From the NCBI GenBank assembly GCA_035389585.1, contig DAOOSC010000001.1, positions 6,290 through 70,289 on the forward strand: a stretch of DNA of 64,000 bases, written 5' to 3'. A program made the position numbers and the translations under genes. The DNA is from Candidatus Magasanikiibacteriota bacterium (GTDB lineage: Bacteria > Patescibacteriota > Patescibacteriia > Magasanikbacterales > UBA922). The notes under the pieces are model-generated. The model searched no databases. It was not told the origin of the DNA and worked only from the letters and a program-made list of their open reading frames with translations. Shown one piece after another: positions 17,488 through 26,633 of the stretch; positions within the stretch are counted from its first letter, which is position 1, and each line of letters starts with the position of its first letter.

Positions 17488-18833
17488 TTCTTGATCGGGG
17501 TCAACCGGGGAGCTTCGAGCCACCACGTGAGAGCGGTAGGGTGCCTTTTTTTGGCAATCTCGATGTTCGCGATCGGTCGACGGAGTTAGACGAAGAAAGT
17601 GATTCGAATAAAATATTAGAAAATTTTTCTGATTTACGAGTGGTCGAAAATATGGTAGTTCAGAAAGGTTCGGACGGGGAGTATCTCGGGGTATTATCGC
17701 GATCTTTTGACAAATTATTGCGGGCCTCTGCTGGAAAAGAAATTGGAGAACTAAATGCTGACGACATGCGCATGCTCGTAGATAATGGTTTGCCACCGCT
17801 ATTTTTTTCGGAATTAGCGGGTGTATATTTTCATCAGAAAAATGATTTTGGTAATCGTATTGCAGGCATGCTCGTGGATGAGAATGGTTTCGGATCGAAT
17901 GTGGCGCTCGCTAACGGTTTGAATTGTCTCGCTTCATTCCAAAGTCGGCGCAAGCAACACGATGTGAGCCGTGAACTCAATCGACATGGTCTAGAAATTA
18001 TCAAGGAAGAAAATTCTCCAGAAGCGATGTGGCAGAGAATGAAAATTGAGCATGGTTTGGTCGACGCTCGGTCGCGTGGTGTTTTGCACGCTGACATGGT
18101 AGGCAAATTTGAAGACTTGCTTCGCAGGCGTGTTGAATTAGGTGATAATAATCATATCGGGCGGACAGAATTGGAAATTGCGCGTCTGTGTTTGGAATTA
18201 GGTGATTTCGGAAAAGCTCTACATTTTGTCGAACGGGCTCTAGCGAGTGCCACAAGTGTTCGTTATGCGAATCTTATTGTCGATACAGAACTTTTGGAAG
18301 TGAAAATTAGACGCGCGATGGGGGATTATCGCGGTTCGAGGAATTACTTTTTGAAAGCAGACGAATCGGGGCGTGATCTGGGTCCAGTGCGTGAGCCAGA
18401 AATTGAGGAAGCGGGGGAAGATTTAGAAAAGTATAAGGCGTCGGTTTTTTGTGCCGTACAGTTTCCAAACGGAAAATATTTAACTTCGATTAGTGAAGAT
18501 GGCACTGCAAACCCTGTTTTGGTTGAATTAGCAAATACCAAAAACGTCGAAGGTGGAATTCGTGAAGGATTAGAAAAACTACTCAATAGTTTACGTGATA
18601 TGTCAGGTCTAAAAGGGGAAGAAGGGGTGAGTATCTCGGTGAGGAACACGCGTTTGAAGTTTCAATACAAAGAAAATGTCGGTACCGAGGAAGCTCCGCA
18701 TCGAAATATTGGCTATGGGGTATTTTTGCCTGAAACAAGCCAAATCACCGAACTCTGTCGGGTACTTGACAAAAATTCAATTTTAGGTTATGGTATCACT
18801 GATTCTTGGTCGGAAAGTCCGGTGAAAGAGTGA
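17484..18833 (+). CDS. Hypothetical protein with TPR-like helical region
   Basis: 449-aa ORF with ATGA overlap; repeats like IARLCLELGDFGKALHFVERAL. Confidence 0.6.
   Translation: MILDRGQPGSFEPPRESGRVPFFGNLDVRDRSTELDEESDSNKILENFSDLRVVENMVVQKGSDGEYLGVLSRSFDKLLRASAGKEIGELNADDMRMLVDNGLPPLFFSELAGVYFHQKNDFGNRIAGMLVDENGFGSNVALANGLNCLASFQSRRKQHDVSRELNRHGLEIIKEENSPEAMWQRMKIEHGLVDARSRGVLHADMVGKFEDLLRRRVELGDNNHIGRTELEIARLCLELGDFGKALHFVERALASATSVRYANLIVDTELLEVKIRRAMGDYRGSRNYFLKADESGRDLGPVREPEIEEAGEDLEKYKASVFCAVQFPNGKYLTSISEDGTANPVLVELANTKNVEGGIREGLEKLLNSLRDMSGLKGEEGVSISVRNTRLKFQYKENVGTEEAPHRNIGYGVFLPETSQITELCRVLDKNSILGYGITDSWSESPVKE
18766..18794 (+). promoter_or_regulatory. Promoter within the 3' end of the upstream ORF, driving the 19012 cassette
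   Basis: TTGACA-17bp-TATGGT. Confidence 0.55.
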
Positions 18834-19011
18834 TATTTTACATAAATTACAAAAATGCTGGCAAATAGCTTGTCATTATTTTTGTGCCGACAATATCGAG
18901 ACGGTCTCGGCGTTGCCGGACACCATATTTCTGTGTCTGCGTAAGCGGAAGTGAAACAGGGATGTGGACGGACAATCTTTCCAACCCTAATTGGTGGGTA
19001 GGAGGATCGAG
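18801..19011 (+). promoter_or_regulatory. Long structured 5' leader (candidate cis-regulatory RNA)
   Basis: Consecutive hairpins (e.g. 18849-18885); GGAGGAT SD paired with ATCTTTC at 18975-18981. Confidence 0.45.
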
Positions 19012-19752
19012 ATGGGATTGACTTTGAGAGAAATTCTGGCCCTCGAAGGCCAGACCAAGGCCGATGGTTTGAAGGATGCCCTTATCAAATTGGAGGGCCA
19101 CCCCTACAGCTCTGCGTTCGCGGGTGTGGTTGTCATCTACAAGGCCGCAGCTATGCTCCGACGCCTTGAGGAAGGGTACAACGTGGCGGAGGAGTCTATA
19201 AGACTCTTTGATGCGTTCATTGAGGTGATGAATCAGATGATCATTGATCTCGGATTCGTCGACCCAGAAGACAACCCTGACGACGAGACGCCACCTCCTG
19301 TGGAGACTCGGGAGCATGTCATCGCCGCACTTTTGAGTCATAACGTCGCCTCGGCCAACGCGGCAGTGAATGCCGATGACCCTGAGATGCAACGCGAGTG
19401 CAATCTCTGGTCGCTCAATATGTTGAATGGAGTTCCTGAGGATCAGCGTGACGATGACTGGCATGTCGTGTACGAGAAAGTCTGTGCTGGTCTTTACGAA
19501 GCGGGCCACATCGATTGGGACGAAGAAGGCTACAACGACCTTCTCCGCTCGATGACGGAACGTCATTCGAAGGATGCGGCGGGTCGCGCGGCTTTCCTGG
19601 CTCGCAAGTACATGGATGCGAGTCGGATCGATGAGGCCGTCGAAGTGCTTGCGCCTGTCGAAAAAGATGATGATTGGTCGGCTCCGAACCAGAAGGAAGC
19701 GGCCATGAAGCTTCTGGCCACCATTCGTGGCATCATCGCATCAGGCGCCTAG
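19012..19752 (+). CDS. Hypothetical acidic alpha-helical protein (ORFan)
   Basis: AGGAGG SD; visibly higher GC than neighbours; followed by a hairpin terminator. Confidence 0.7.
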   Translation: MGLTLREILALEGQTKADGLKDALIKLEGHPYSSAFAGVVVIYKAAAMLRRLEEGYNVAEESIRLFDAFIEVMNQMIIDLGFVDPEDNPDDETPPPVETREHVIAALLSHNVASANAAVNADDPEMQRECNLWSLNMLNGVPEDQRDDDWHVVYEKVCAGLYEAGHIDWDEEGYNDLLRSMTERHSKDAAGRAAFLARKYMDASRIDEAVEVLAPVEKDDDWSAPNQKEAAMKLLATIRGIIASGA

Positions 19753-19800
19753 CCAATTCATCTTGTGCATTTTCGTTCTTAGTGCTGATAAAGCGCTCGA

Positions 19801-19835
19801 ACCTCACACAGAACATTGTGTGGGGTATTTTATTT
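19801..19835 (+). terminator. Intrinsic terminator
   Basis: ACCTCACACA/TGTGTGGGGT stem followed by ATTTTATTT. Confidence 0.7.
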
Positions 19836-19891
19836 CAGGAAAGGTAACTTCACTTGTCAATTCTGATTTTTTGTGTTAAAGTATTCATAAT

Positions 19892-20767
19892 ATGAACATC
19901 AATAAAGCCCTAATTATTGGGGCGGCGGGAACACTCGGCACAGCCCTACAAACCGCGTTCAAAGGGAAAAAAATACCTTTTGTTGCCTGGGACAAGGCTG
20001 ATGGTGATATTTTAGACATGGAAGGCTATATTGCGAAAGTCCGTAATTTGCGACCGGATGTGATTTTTAATTGTGCGGCGATTAATAATGTGAACGGGAT
20101 TGAGACGGACGATAAAATGCTCACTTTAGCAAATATGATCAATGGTGAATTTCCCGGTAAACTGGGAATTCTTGCGGATGAGATTGGCGCGACATTAGTT
20201 CACTATTCATCGGACTATATTTTTCAGGGAGACAAAAATTCGCCATATTCTGAAACAGACATTGGCAATCCAATTTCGAAATACGGTGCAACAAAATTGC
20301 TCGGCGAAAATAGTTTATTAAAAACGGGAAAGAAATTCTATATTATCCGTTTATCACGGCTTTTTGGCGCGCGCGGAACCGGACCAGAATCGAAATTAAG
20401 TTTTGTCGATCTCATGCTTGATTTGGTGGAAAATAAAGGGAAGACGGAGTTAAATGTGGTGAATGATGAAATTGCATCACCTACCTACGCTCCCGATCTG
20501 GCTGGTCTGAGTATTGATATTGTGATGAAGGAATTACCTTACGGTACTTATCATGGCACAAATTCAGGCGAATGCAGTTGGTATCAATTTGCGGTCGGAA
20601 TTTTTAAATTAAAAGGTATTGATGTTAAGATTAATCCTGTCAAAGGCGAGTTTTTTCCTCGACCGGCACTACCGCCGCCATATTCAGTGTTGGCAAACAA
20701 TAAGTTACCGCACCAGCGAACATGGCAGGAAGCACTTGCGGAATATCTGAAGGATGAAGACAAATAA
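19892..20767 (+). CDS. rfbD: dTDP-4-dehydrorhamnose reductase
   Basis: GAAGTLG, NCAA, SSDYIF.G, YGATKLLGE, SPTY..DLA. Confidence 0.92.
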   Translation: MNINKALIIGAAGTLGTALQTAFKGKKIPFVAWDKADGDILDMEGYIAKVRNLRPDVIFNCAAINNVNGIETDDKMLTLANMINGEFPGKLGILADEIGATLVHYSSDYIFQGDKNSPYSETDIGNPISKYGATKLLGENSLLKTGKKFYIIRLSRLFGARGTGPESKLSFVDLMLDLVENKGKTELNVVNDEIASPTYAPDLAGLSIDIVMKELPYGTYHGTNSGECSWYQFAVGIFKLKGIDVKINPVKGEFFPRPALPPPYSVLANNKLPHQRTWQEALAEYLKDEDK

Positions 20768-21659
20768 TATGAATTTATCCGTCATTATCGTCACGTACAA
20801 CACACTCACACACCAAAGTGATCTATTTCGTAGTTGTCTGCGCTCAATTTCTGACGGAGCAGATGGAATATCATTTGAAATTATTGTAGCCGATAACGGT
20901 TCGACTGATGATACTGTTGCCATGCTAAAGCGCGAGTTCTCAAATGTAAAAATTATTGAGAATGGCGCAAATTTAGGTTTTGGGCGTGCAAATAATATTG
21001 GTGCAAAAGAAGCGAGTGGTGATTATTTGCTTTTTTTGAATCCGGACAATATTGTCCAATCCGGCTCTCTGAAATATTTAGTCGATTGGATGCAGACACA
21101 TATGGATGTTGGTATCGTTGGACCGAAAATGATTGACCAGAACGGAAGTCTAAATAAAGATGCGACACCGCGTCGTTTCCCTGGATCGCTTGATCAGGTT
21201 GCGATTCTGCTGAAACTTTCTCACATGTTCCCCAAATTATTGTCTTCTTACATGTATGAAGATCGTGATTTCAATCAATCGGGTGAAGTGGATTCGGTGC
21301 GTGGGGCATTTATTTTCATGCGGCGTGAATTGTACACCAAAATGGGCTTTGCTTTCGATCCACGCTATTTTCTCTGGTTCGAAGATGTGGACACTTGTCG
21401 CGAGTGCTGGCGTCATGGGTATAAAGTAATGTATCTCACCGATGTTGCCTGTATTGATCACGTAAGCCAAACATTCAAAAAAATTGGTAATGTGTGGAAA
21501 CAGAAAAAATTTACCGAAAGTATGGTGGCTTATTTTCGCAAATGGCATTCAGTTCCGGCATGGTTATTGATTTTTCTGCTTCGTCCTATTGCCGTCGGGA
21601 TGGTAATTTTTCATGAATCAATTATGAACATTTTTCATCGCGAAAAAACTAAAATATAA
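20754..21659 (+). CDS. Glycosyltransferase family 2 (rhamnosyltransferase-like)
   Basis: SVIIVTYN, DNGSTD, NLGFGRANN, LNPD, FEDVD. Confidence 0.92.
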   Translation: MKTNNMNLSVIIVTYNTLTHQSDLFRSCLRSISDGADGISFEIIVADNGSTDDTVAMLKREFSNVKIIENGANLGFGRANNIGAKEASGDYLLFLNPDNIVQSGSLKYLVDWMQTHMDVGIVGPKMIDQNGSLNKDATPRRFPGSLDQVAILLKLSHMFPKLLSSYMYEDRDFNQSGEVDSVRGAFIFMRRELYTKMGFAFDPRYFLWFEDVDTCRECWRHGYKVMYLTDVACIDHVSQTFKKIGNVWKQKKFTESMVAYFRKWHSVPAWLLIFLLRPIAVGMVIFHESIMNIFHREKTKI

Positions 21660-21661
21660 AT

Positions 21662-22759
21662 ATGGCGACATTGTCTCTAAATACAATTTATCATCACGAG
21701 AAGGAATTGAAGTATTTGCCATTTTTGATCGAATCTCTAAAAAGACAAACCTTTCAGGATTTTGAAGTCAAGATTTTGAACAATGGTCTATCGACAGAGA
21801 TGTTTTCGAAGGTCGAGAACGCTTATCGCACACTTGGTGTCAATGTGGAAGTTGTGCAATCACCGACGAATATTGGATTTGCCGGTGGGCAGAATTTGCT
21901 TTTCAAAAAAACCAGCGCCGCCTATGTCTTGATGTTGAATAGCGATATGTATCTCATGCCAAATGTTTTACAGAATTGTGTAGATTTTTTGGAGAGGCAT
22001 AGAGAGGTTTTTGGTGTTTCAGTACGTTTGATGCGTTGGGATTTCGCGATCGTAGAGGCGGCGATGGCGGTGGGGTCAATTTCAGAACGGGCTGGTCTAG
22101 GTTTCACGAACTTTGTGGACGCGATCGGTATCAGACTCTTACGCAATCGACGCGCTGTCGAATGGCTCACGCGTGAAGAGTGGGTGGGGGATTCCGCCAA
22201 TCCGCATGTGGCGAAACTGTTTCAGCAGACCATGGTGGAAGTGTTCGGGGTGTCGGGGGCTATGCCGGTATTTCGTACGAGTGCTTTACAGAATGTGCTC
22301 TTGCCAGGCGGAGATATTCTCGATCCGACTTATCATAGCTATAAAGAAGATTTGGACATTGCTTACCGTCTCCGTAACGCTGGCTATACTTCCTATGTAT
22401 TGCTCGACACGGTGACATACCATGATCGCACGGCCGCTGGCCCGCGCGGACTTTCGGATTGGTCGGCCGCCCAGAATAAACAGTATCAGACGGATTATGT
22501 GCGGTATCATTCATACAAGAACCATTTGCGAACTTTATATAAAAACGAGTATTGGCAGAATTTTTTGATTGATTTCCCGTTCATATTTTGGTATGAGTTG
22601 AAAAAGTTTGGGTATTTCCTGTTCACAAATCCGGGAATGATAATTCGGGCCTGGTATGAAATTTTGAAGAACGGTAAATACACGTATGCGGCACGGCAGG
22701 CTATAAAAGCATCGCGCAAAACGCATTGGCGTGGTCTGAGGAGATGGTTTTATGTTTGA
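21662..22759 (+). CDS. Glycosyltransferase family 2
   Basis: NIGFAGGQN, LNSD, YKEDLD.AYR. Confidence 0.88.
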   Translation: MATLSLNTIYHHEKELKYLPFLIESLKRQTFQDFEVKILNNGLSTEMFSKVENAYRTLGVNVEVVQSPTNIGFAGGQNLLFKKTSAAYVLMLNSDMYLMPNVLQNCVDFLERHREVFGVSVRLMRWDFAIVEAAMAVGSISERAGLGFTNFVDAIGIRLLRNRRAVEWLTREEWVGDSANPHVAKLFQQTMVEVFGVSGAMPVFRTSALQNVLLPGGDILDPTYHSYKEDLDIAYRLRNAGYTSYVLLDTVTYHDRTAAGPRGLSDWSAAQNKQYQTDYVRYHSYKNHLRTLYKNEYWQNFLIDFPFIFWYELKKFGYFLFTNPGMIIRAWYEILKNGKYTYAARQAIKASRKTHWRGLRRWFYV

Positions 22760-23579
22760 TATTTGCATCACCCTCGTCAACACAAAGGAAAAAAAAGAAA
22801 TTCAGACCGCGCTCGAAACTCTCGCGGTAGATTCGGTTAATTCGGGTTTGAATTGGCAGGTGGCAGTCGTGGATAACGCATCTGGCGATGGACTCGAGAC
22901 GGAGTTGAAAGCAAAATTTCCCAATGCTGTCTATATTCAACAAAACAAGAATCTCGGATTTGGCGCTTCTCACAACAAAGCGCTGTCCGCGGTTGAGGCT
23001 AAGTATTATTTTGTTTTGAATCCAGATACGGAATTTATGCTAGGGCAGAATTTCTTACGTCGCCTATATGATTTCATGGAAGCAAATTCGCATGTGGGTA
23101 TGGCCGGACCAAAGATTATTTATCCTGATGGTTCACTGCAATATTCTTGTTGGCGCTTTCCGACATTTCTCCAACCAATTTTTAGTCGCACGAAGTGGGG
23201 GAGAGTGGGTAAAGGGAAAATTATTGCCGATTGTTTTCTCATGAAGGATTTCGATCATGCATCGACCAAACCGGTAGATGCGATTATGGGTTCGGCGATG
23301 TTTGTGCGTCGTGAAGCGTACTTGGCGGTAGGAGGATTTGACGATCTGTTTTGGATGTATTTCGAAGACATGGATTGGTGCAAGCGAATGTGGGAGAAAA
23401 ACTGGGCGGTATATTTCGTGCACGATGTGGTGTTGAAACACGCGCACGGACGGGCTTCCGCCAAAGTGCCGGGTGTCGTGATGGCACTCATAAAAAACAA
23501 ATACGCCCGTGTTCATTTGGTTAGCTGGCTCAAGTATTTTTGGAAATGGCGTGGCAATCATAAATATTACGCAAATTAA
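22752..23579 (+). CDS. Glycosyltransferase family 2
   Basis: DNASGD, NLGFGASHN, LNPD, GFDD.FWMYFED.DWC. Confidence 0.92.
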   Translation: MFDICITLVNTKEKKEIQTALETLAVDSVNSGLNWQVAVVDNASGDGLETELKAKFPNAVYIQQNKNLGFGASHNKALSAVEAKYYFVLNPDTEFMLGQNFLRRLYDFMEANSHVGMAGPKIIYPDGSLQYSCWRFPTFLQPIFSRTKWGRVGKGKIIADCFLMKDFDHASTKPVDAIMGSAMFVRREAYLAVGGFDDLFWMYFEDMDWCKRMWEKNWAVYFVHDVVLKHAHGRASAKVPGVVMALIKNKYARVHLVSWLKYFWKWRGNHKYYAN

Positions 23580-23580
23580 T

Positions 23581-24678
23581 ATGAAGAAAGTTGTCATAAT
23601 GTATCTATTGTGGTCGAATGAGCCAATGCGGTATCTCACTGATGCGATTCGGGGTGTTGCCGCTCAGTCATACCCGCGCGAGGGTTTGGAATTTTTGATT
23701 GTGTATAATTCGCATAAACCAGATGAACCTTCGGCCGTGCCGTATATCCGGTCAGAAATAGAAAAGAATTCCGCGCACTTGCCACACACGACAATTATTG
23801 AAAATGATAAGAATCTCGGTTTTTCCGGTGGAAATAATTTCGGAATGCGTTGGGCGGTGGAACATGGTTTCGATTATGTATTTTTGCATAATGGCGATGG
23901 TTATCTCGGAGAGAATTGCGTCAAGGCGCTGGTCGAAGTGATGGACGCCGATCCGAAGATTGGTGCGGCACAATCTCTAGTTTTGCTCCATCCCGCTGTG
24001 GACAGCATCAATTCGGCTGGTAATTGTCTGCATTTTCTCGGTTTTGGATATTGTGATTTCTACAAAAAGAAAAAAAATGAAGTAGTACTTCCGGCTGTGA
24101 AGGATGTGGCCTACGCATCCGGCGCCGCGATTATGATGCGGACTGATTTATTACAGAAATTTGGCTATTGGGACGAAGATTATTTCATGTATCATGAGGA
24201 TACTGATTATTCGTTGCGTTTGTTCACAGCGGGCTATCGCAATGTCATGGTGAAAGCTTCCGAATTTTTTCATAAATATGAATTTTCCAAATCAATTTCA
24301 AAATATTTTTGGATGGAACGAAATCGTTATGCGATCCTGCTTTTGTTTTTTTCTTGCCCGACTTTGATACTCATTCTACCGATGTTTATTGTCATGGAGA
24401 TTGCTCTGTGGTTTTTCGCTTGGCGAGGCGGTTGGGTGGGGGAGAAGTGGAAGGTGTATAAGTATTGGCTGAAGTGGGGGTCGTGGAAGTTCTGGTTAGT
24501 GAAGAGGAGAAAATTGATGGCGGATCGAGTTACTTCGGATCGCAAATTATTGCGTGCGATGGTGGCGGTAATTAAATTTCAAGAAGCGGCGATTGAAAAT
24601 CCCGTGCTGAAATATATTGGCAATCCGGTAATGTTCGTATATTATTGGTTATTGTCACGCGTGGTTGTGTGGTGGTAG
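23581..24678 (+). CDS. Glycosyltransferase family 2
   Basis: NLGFSGGNN, NGD, FMYHEDTD; ATG 23581 directly after the upstream stop. Confidence 0.9.
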   Translation: MKKVVIMYLLWSNEPMRYLTDAIRGVAAQSYPREGLEFLIVYNSHKPDEPSAVPYIRSEIEKNSAHLPHTTIIENDKNLGFSGGNNFGMRWAVEHGFDYVFLHNGDGYLGENCVKALVEVMDADPKIGAAQSLVLLHPAVDSINSAGNCLHFLGFGYCDFYKKKKNEVVLPAVKDVAYASGAAIMMRTDLLQKFGYWDEDYFMYHEDTDYSLRLFTAGYRNVMVKASEFFHKYEFSKSISKYFWMERNRYAILLLFFSCPTLILILPMFIVMEIALWFFAWRGGWVGEKWKVYKYWLKWGSWKFWLVKRRKLMADRVTSDRKLLRAMVAVIKFQEAAIENPVLKYIGNPVMFVYYWLLSRVVVWW

Positions 24679-24683
24679 GATAG

Positions 24684-24722
24684 AACAAAAAACAGACCGA
24701 CAATCTCGGTCTGTTTTTTGTT
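24684..24722. terminator. Bidirectional intrinsic terminator
   Basis: Perfect 17-bp inverted repeat AACAAAAAACAGACCGA/TCGGTCTGTTTTTTGTT between convergent genes. Confidence 0.9.
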
Positions 24723-24737
24723 TTAGGAGTTTGGCTG

Positions 24738-25151
24738 TTAGGCAGTACCTTTTAGAGCTTTTTGCATATCATTCACGATCACTACATCTGCCCCCACAAG
24801 CGGTGTTTTGTAGACGATTTTATTATAGAAATCATCCAAAGTCATTATCTCATCTCTGTGCTCTGCAATTTTTTCGCTGAAATCAATAGATTCTTTGTGA
24901 TAGGGGTAAAGGGTTTTGTTCAGGAAGTCTCCCCATTCTTGTGGGGTTTTGGGCCGTTTGGCGATTTCAAGTGTCACGGTGTCGAGTTTTTTTATTTTTG
25001 AATCATCGTAAAATATTTTTTTATTAGGATCACCGCCGCTGATTTCAATATCTTCTTGGTTTTTGCGTCGTTTGCCTTGGTCTTCGTTGTACTCTTTTCG
25101 TGGGCTAATAGTCGCCCCGTCGAATTGGGTGCTCCGGGCTGTCTCATTCAT
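24738..25151 (-). CDS. Hypothetical hydrophilic protein
   Basis: 137-aa ORF filling the gap and ending at the terminator; no recognisable motif. Confidence 0.6.
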   Translation of the reverse strand: MNETARSTQFDGATISPRKEYNEDQGKRRKNQEDIEISGGDPNKKIFYDDSKIKKLDTVTLEIAKRPKTPQEWGDFLNKTLYPYHKESIDFSEKIAEHRDEIMTLDDFYNKIVYKTPLVGADVVIVNDMQKALKGTA

Positions 25152-25234
25152 ATGGATGTTTTTATTAAGTTAAATTAATTGGCTTTGTTTTATTATATTT
25201 AATTTTGAGTGGAAGCGCAAGTTGACAATTTTGT

Positions 25235-26560
25235 CTAATACTTCAACTGGTAGATATCAATTTTTTCACCGACTTTTCCGAGAAAATATAGAAGACGTTT
25301 TTCAGCATTTGCGCCAGCTTCAGAGACATTATTCGCGGGAATAAGTTCTTGGGTGACATAGTATCCAGGGTTGAAAGCAAAAATACCTTTCGGAGTGGTA
25401 ATGAGGAGGACGCCGTATTTGTCGAGTGGGCGAGCAGAAATAATTTTTTCTCCAGTTCGATTGAGAATTGTCGCCGAACCGTCGGTATATATCGACCATA
25501 ATTCCCAATCAGTCCAAATTAGCCATTCTCGGGTATGGGTGTTGAAATAATATCCGACTGCGGAAGAAATGGTATGGATTTCGGGTTCGCCACCAGTAAA
25601 TTTAATGATGGTAATACCTCCCTCTGTTTCGATAATTGCGCGTTTTTCATCAATGTCAATTATTGAGATTGGTTTATTCGGTAGAGAGTAAGCGCGAGGT
25701 TGATTCGGGTTTTGCTGGACGAGGATTTTGTCATCGTCGGCAGTCCATAGTTGGCCTTTGGTGTCCACGAACCAGGCTGTGGCGGTCGTGGTCGCGATGT
25801 CTGTTAAGCCGATTTTTGTCAGTATGCGGACTTTGTCTCCGGCGCGGACAAGAATTTCTGGCGCGCTTGAAGAATGTCCCCAAATGTATTGAGTGTTTTC
25901 ATCAAAAGTTTCAGTTCGGACAGATACAGGAGTTTCAGCAGAGAGAATACTCAGACTATTTTTGTTTTTGAGTAGGATAAAATCGGTGTAAGGTGACCAT
26001 GAAAAATCCAACGATTCTCCAGTTTTTATTTCCCGTAAAATTTGCTCTTCACCGTTGCGGGTGTTAGTCAGGATTAGGCTCGTTTTTTCTAGGTTAGCTG
26101 AATTGGGGGATTGGATGGAGAGAAAATAATTTCCGGTAGGTGAAACTTTCATTTCTCGTATTTTGATATCTTTCGTATAGTATTTTTCTGATAGAGTGTT
26201 GGCGTAAAGAAAAATATTTTTTATATAGGTAGTTTGTTGGCTTTGGACAATTATATCTTTTTCGAATGGGTGGTAGTTTGATTTGCGAATGGATATGTGG
26301 TATGAACCGGGCGCAACATTGGGGATACGTAGGGGGGATTTCTGGCCAATCAATTTATCGTTAATATAAAAATCAGCATCGTTTGGGGTGGCATCGAGGC
26401 TAATCACGCCAGTACGTTCAATTTTGCCATTTCCTAAATTATAGCGATAGCCGGCGGTGTAGGAGAGAATAATTGGAGCAGTAATGAAAAACAGTATAAA
26501 AACACTAGTCATGATGATTCGTCGGACGGTTTTGGAAAGTTTTGAATCAGGGAAAGCCAT
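25235..26560 (-). CDS. PEGA-domain membrane-anchored protein with beta-propeller-like C-terminus
   Basis: N-terminal TM followed by GYRY...TG.I...P..A..YIN...PGSYHISIRK.NY PEGA pattern. Confidence 0.8.
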   Translation of the reverse strand: MAFPDSKLSKTVRRIIMTSVFILFFITAPIILSYTAGYRYNLGNGKIERTGVISLDATPNDADFYINDKLIGQKSPLRIPNVAPGSYHISIRKSNYHPFEKDIIVQSQQTTYIKNIFLYANTLSEKYYTKDIKIREMKVSPTGNYFLSIQSPNSANLEKTSLILTNTRNGEEQILREIKTGESLDFSWSPYTDFILLKNKNSLSILSAETPVSVRTETFDENTQYIWGHSSSAPEILVRAGDKVRILTKIGLTDIATTTATAWFVDTKGQLWTADDDKILVQQNPNQPRAYSLPNKPISIIDIDEKRAIIETEGGITIIKFTGGEPEIHTISSAVGYYFNTHTREWLIWTDWELWSIYTDGSATILNRTGEKIISARPLDKYGVLLITTPKGIFAFNPGYYVTQELIPANNVSEAGANAEKRLLYFLGKVGEKIDIYQLKY

Positions 26561-26633
26561 ATTTGGGAAGGTTTGATTTATTTCATAATATCAGGTATAA
26601 TCATAGCGTATTTCTCAATAAAAATCAATTAAT

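Noticed and set aside
18835-18862. ATTTTACATAA resembles a XerD arm
   Set aside because: No matching second arm at 6-bp spacing.
18809-18960. GGAAAGTCCGG and GGAAGTGAAACAG resemble RNase P RNA conserved segments
   Set aside because: No 3' P4 partner (ACAGAA...GGCTTA) and no P1 closure; the segment leads directly into an SD and ORF.
18847-19566. 239-aa minus-strand ORF, and other long antisense ORFs such as 52271-52921 and 2952-3479
   Set aside because: Shadow frames opposite genes that have clear motifs or SD/terminator support.
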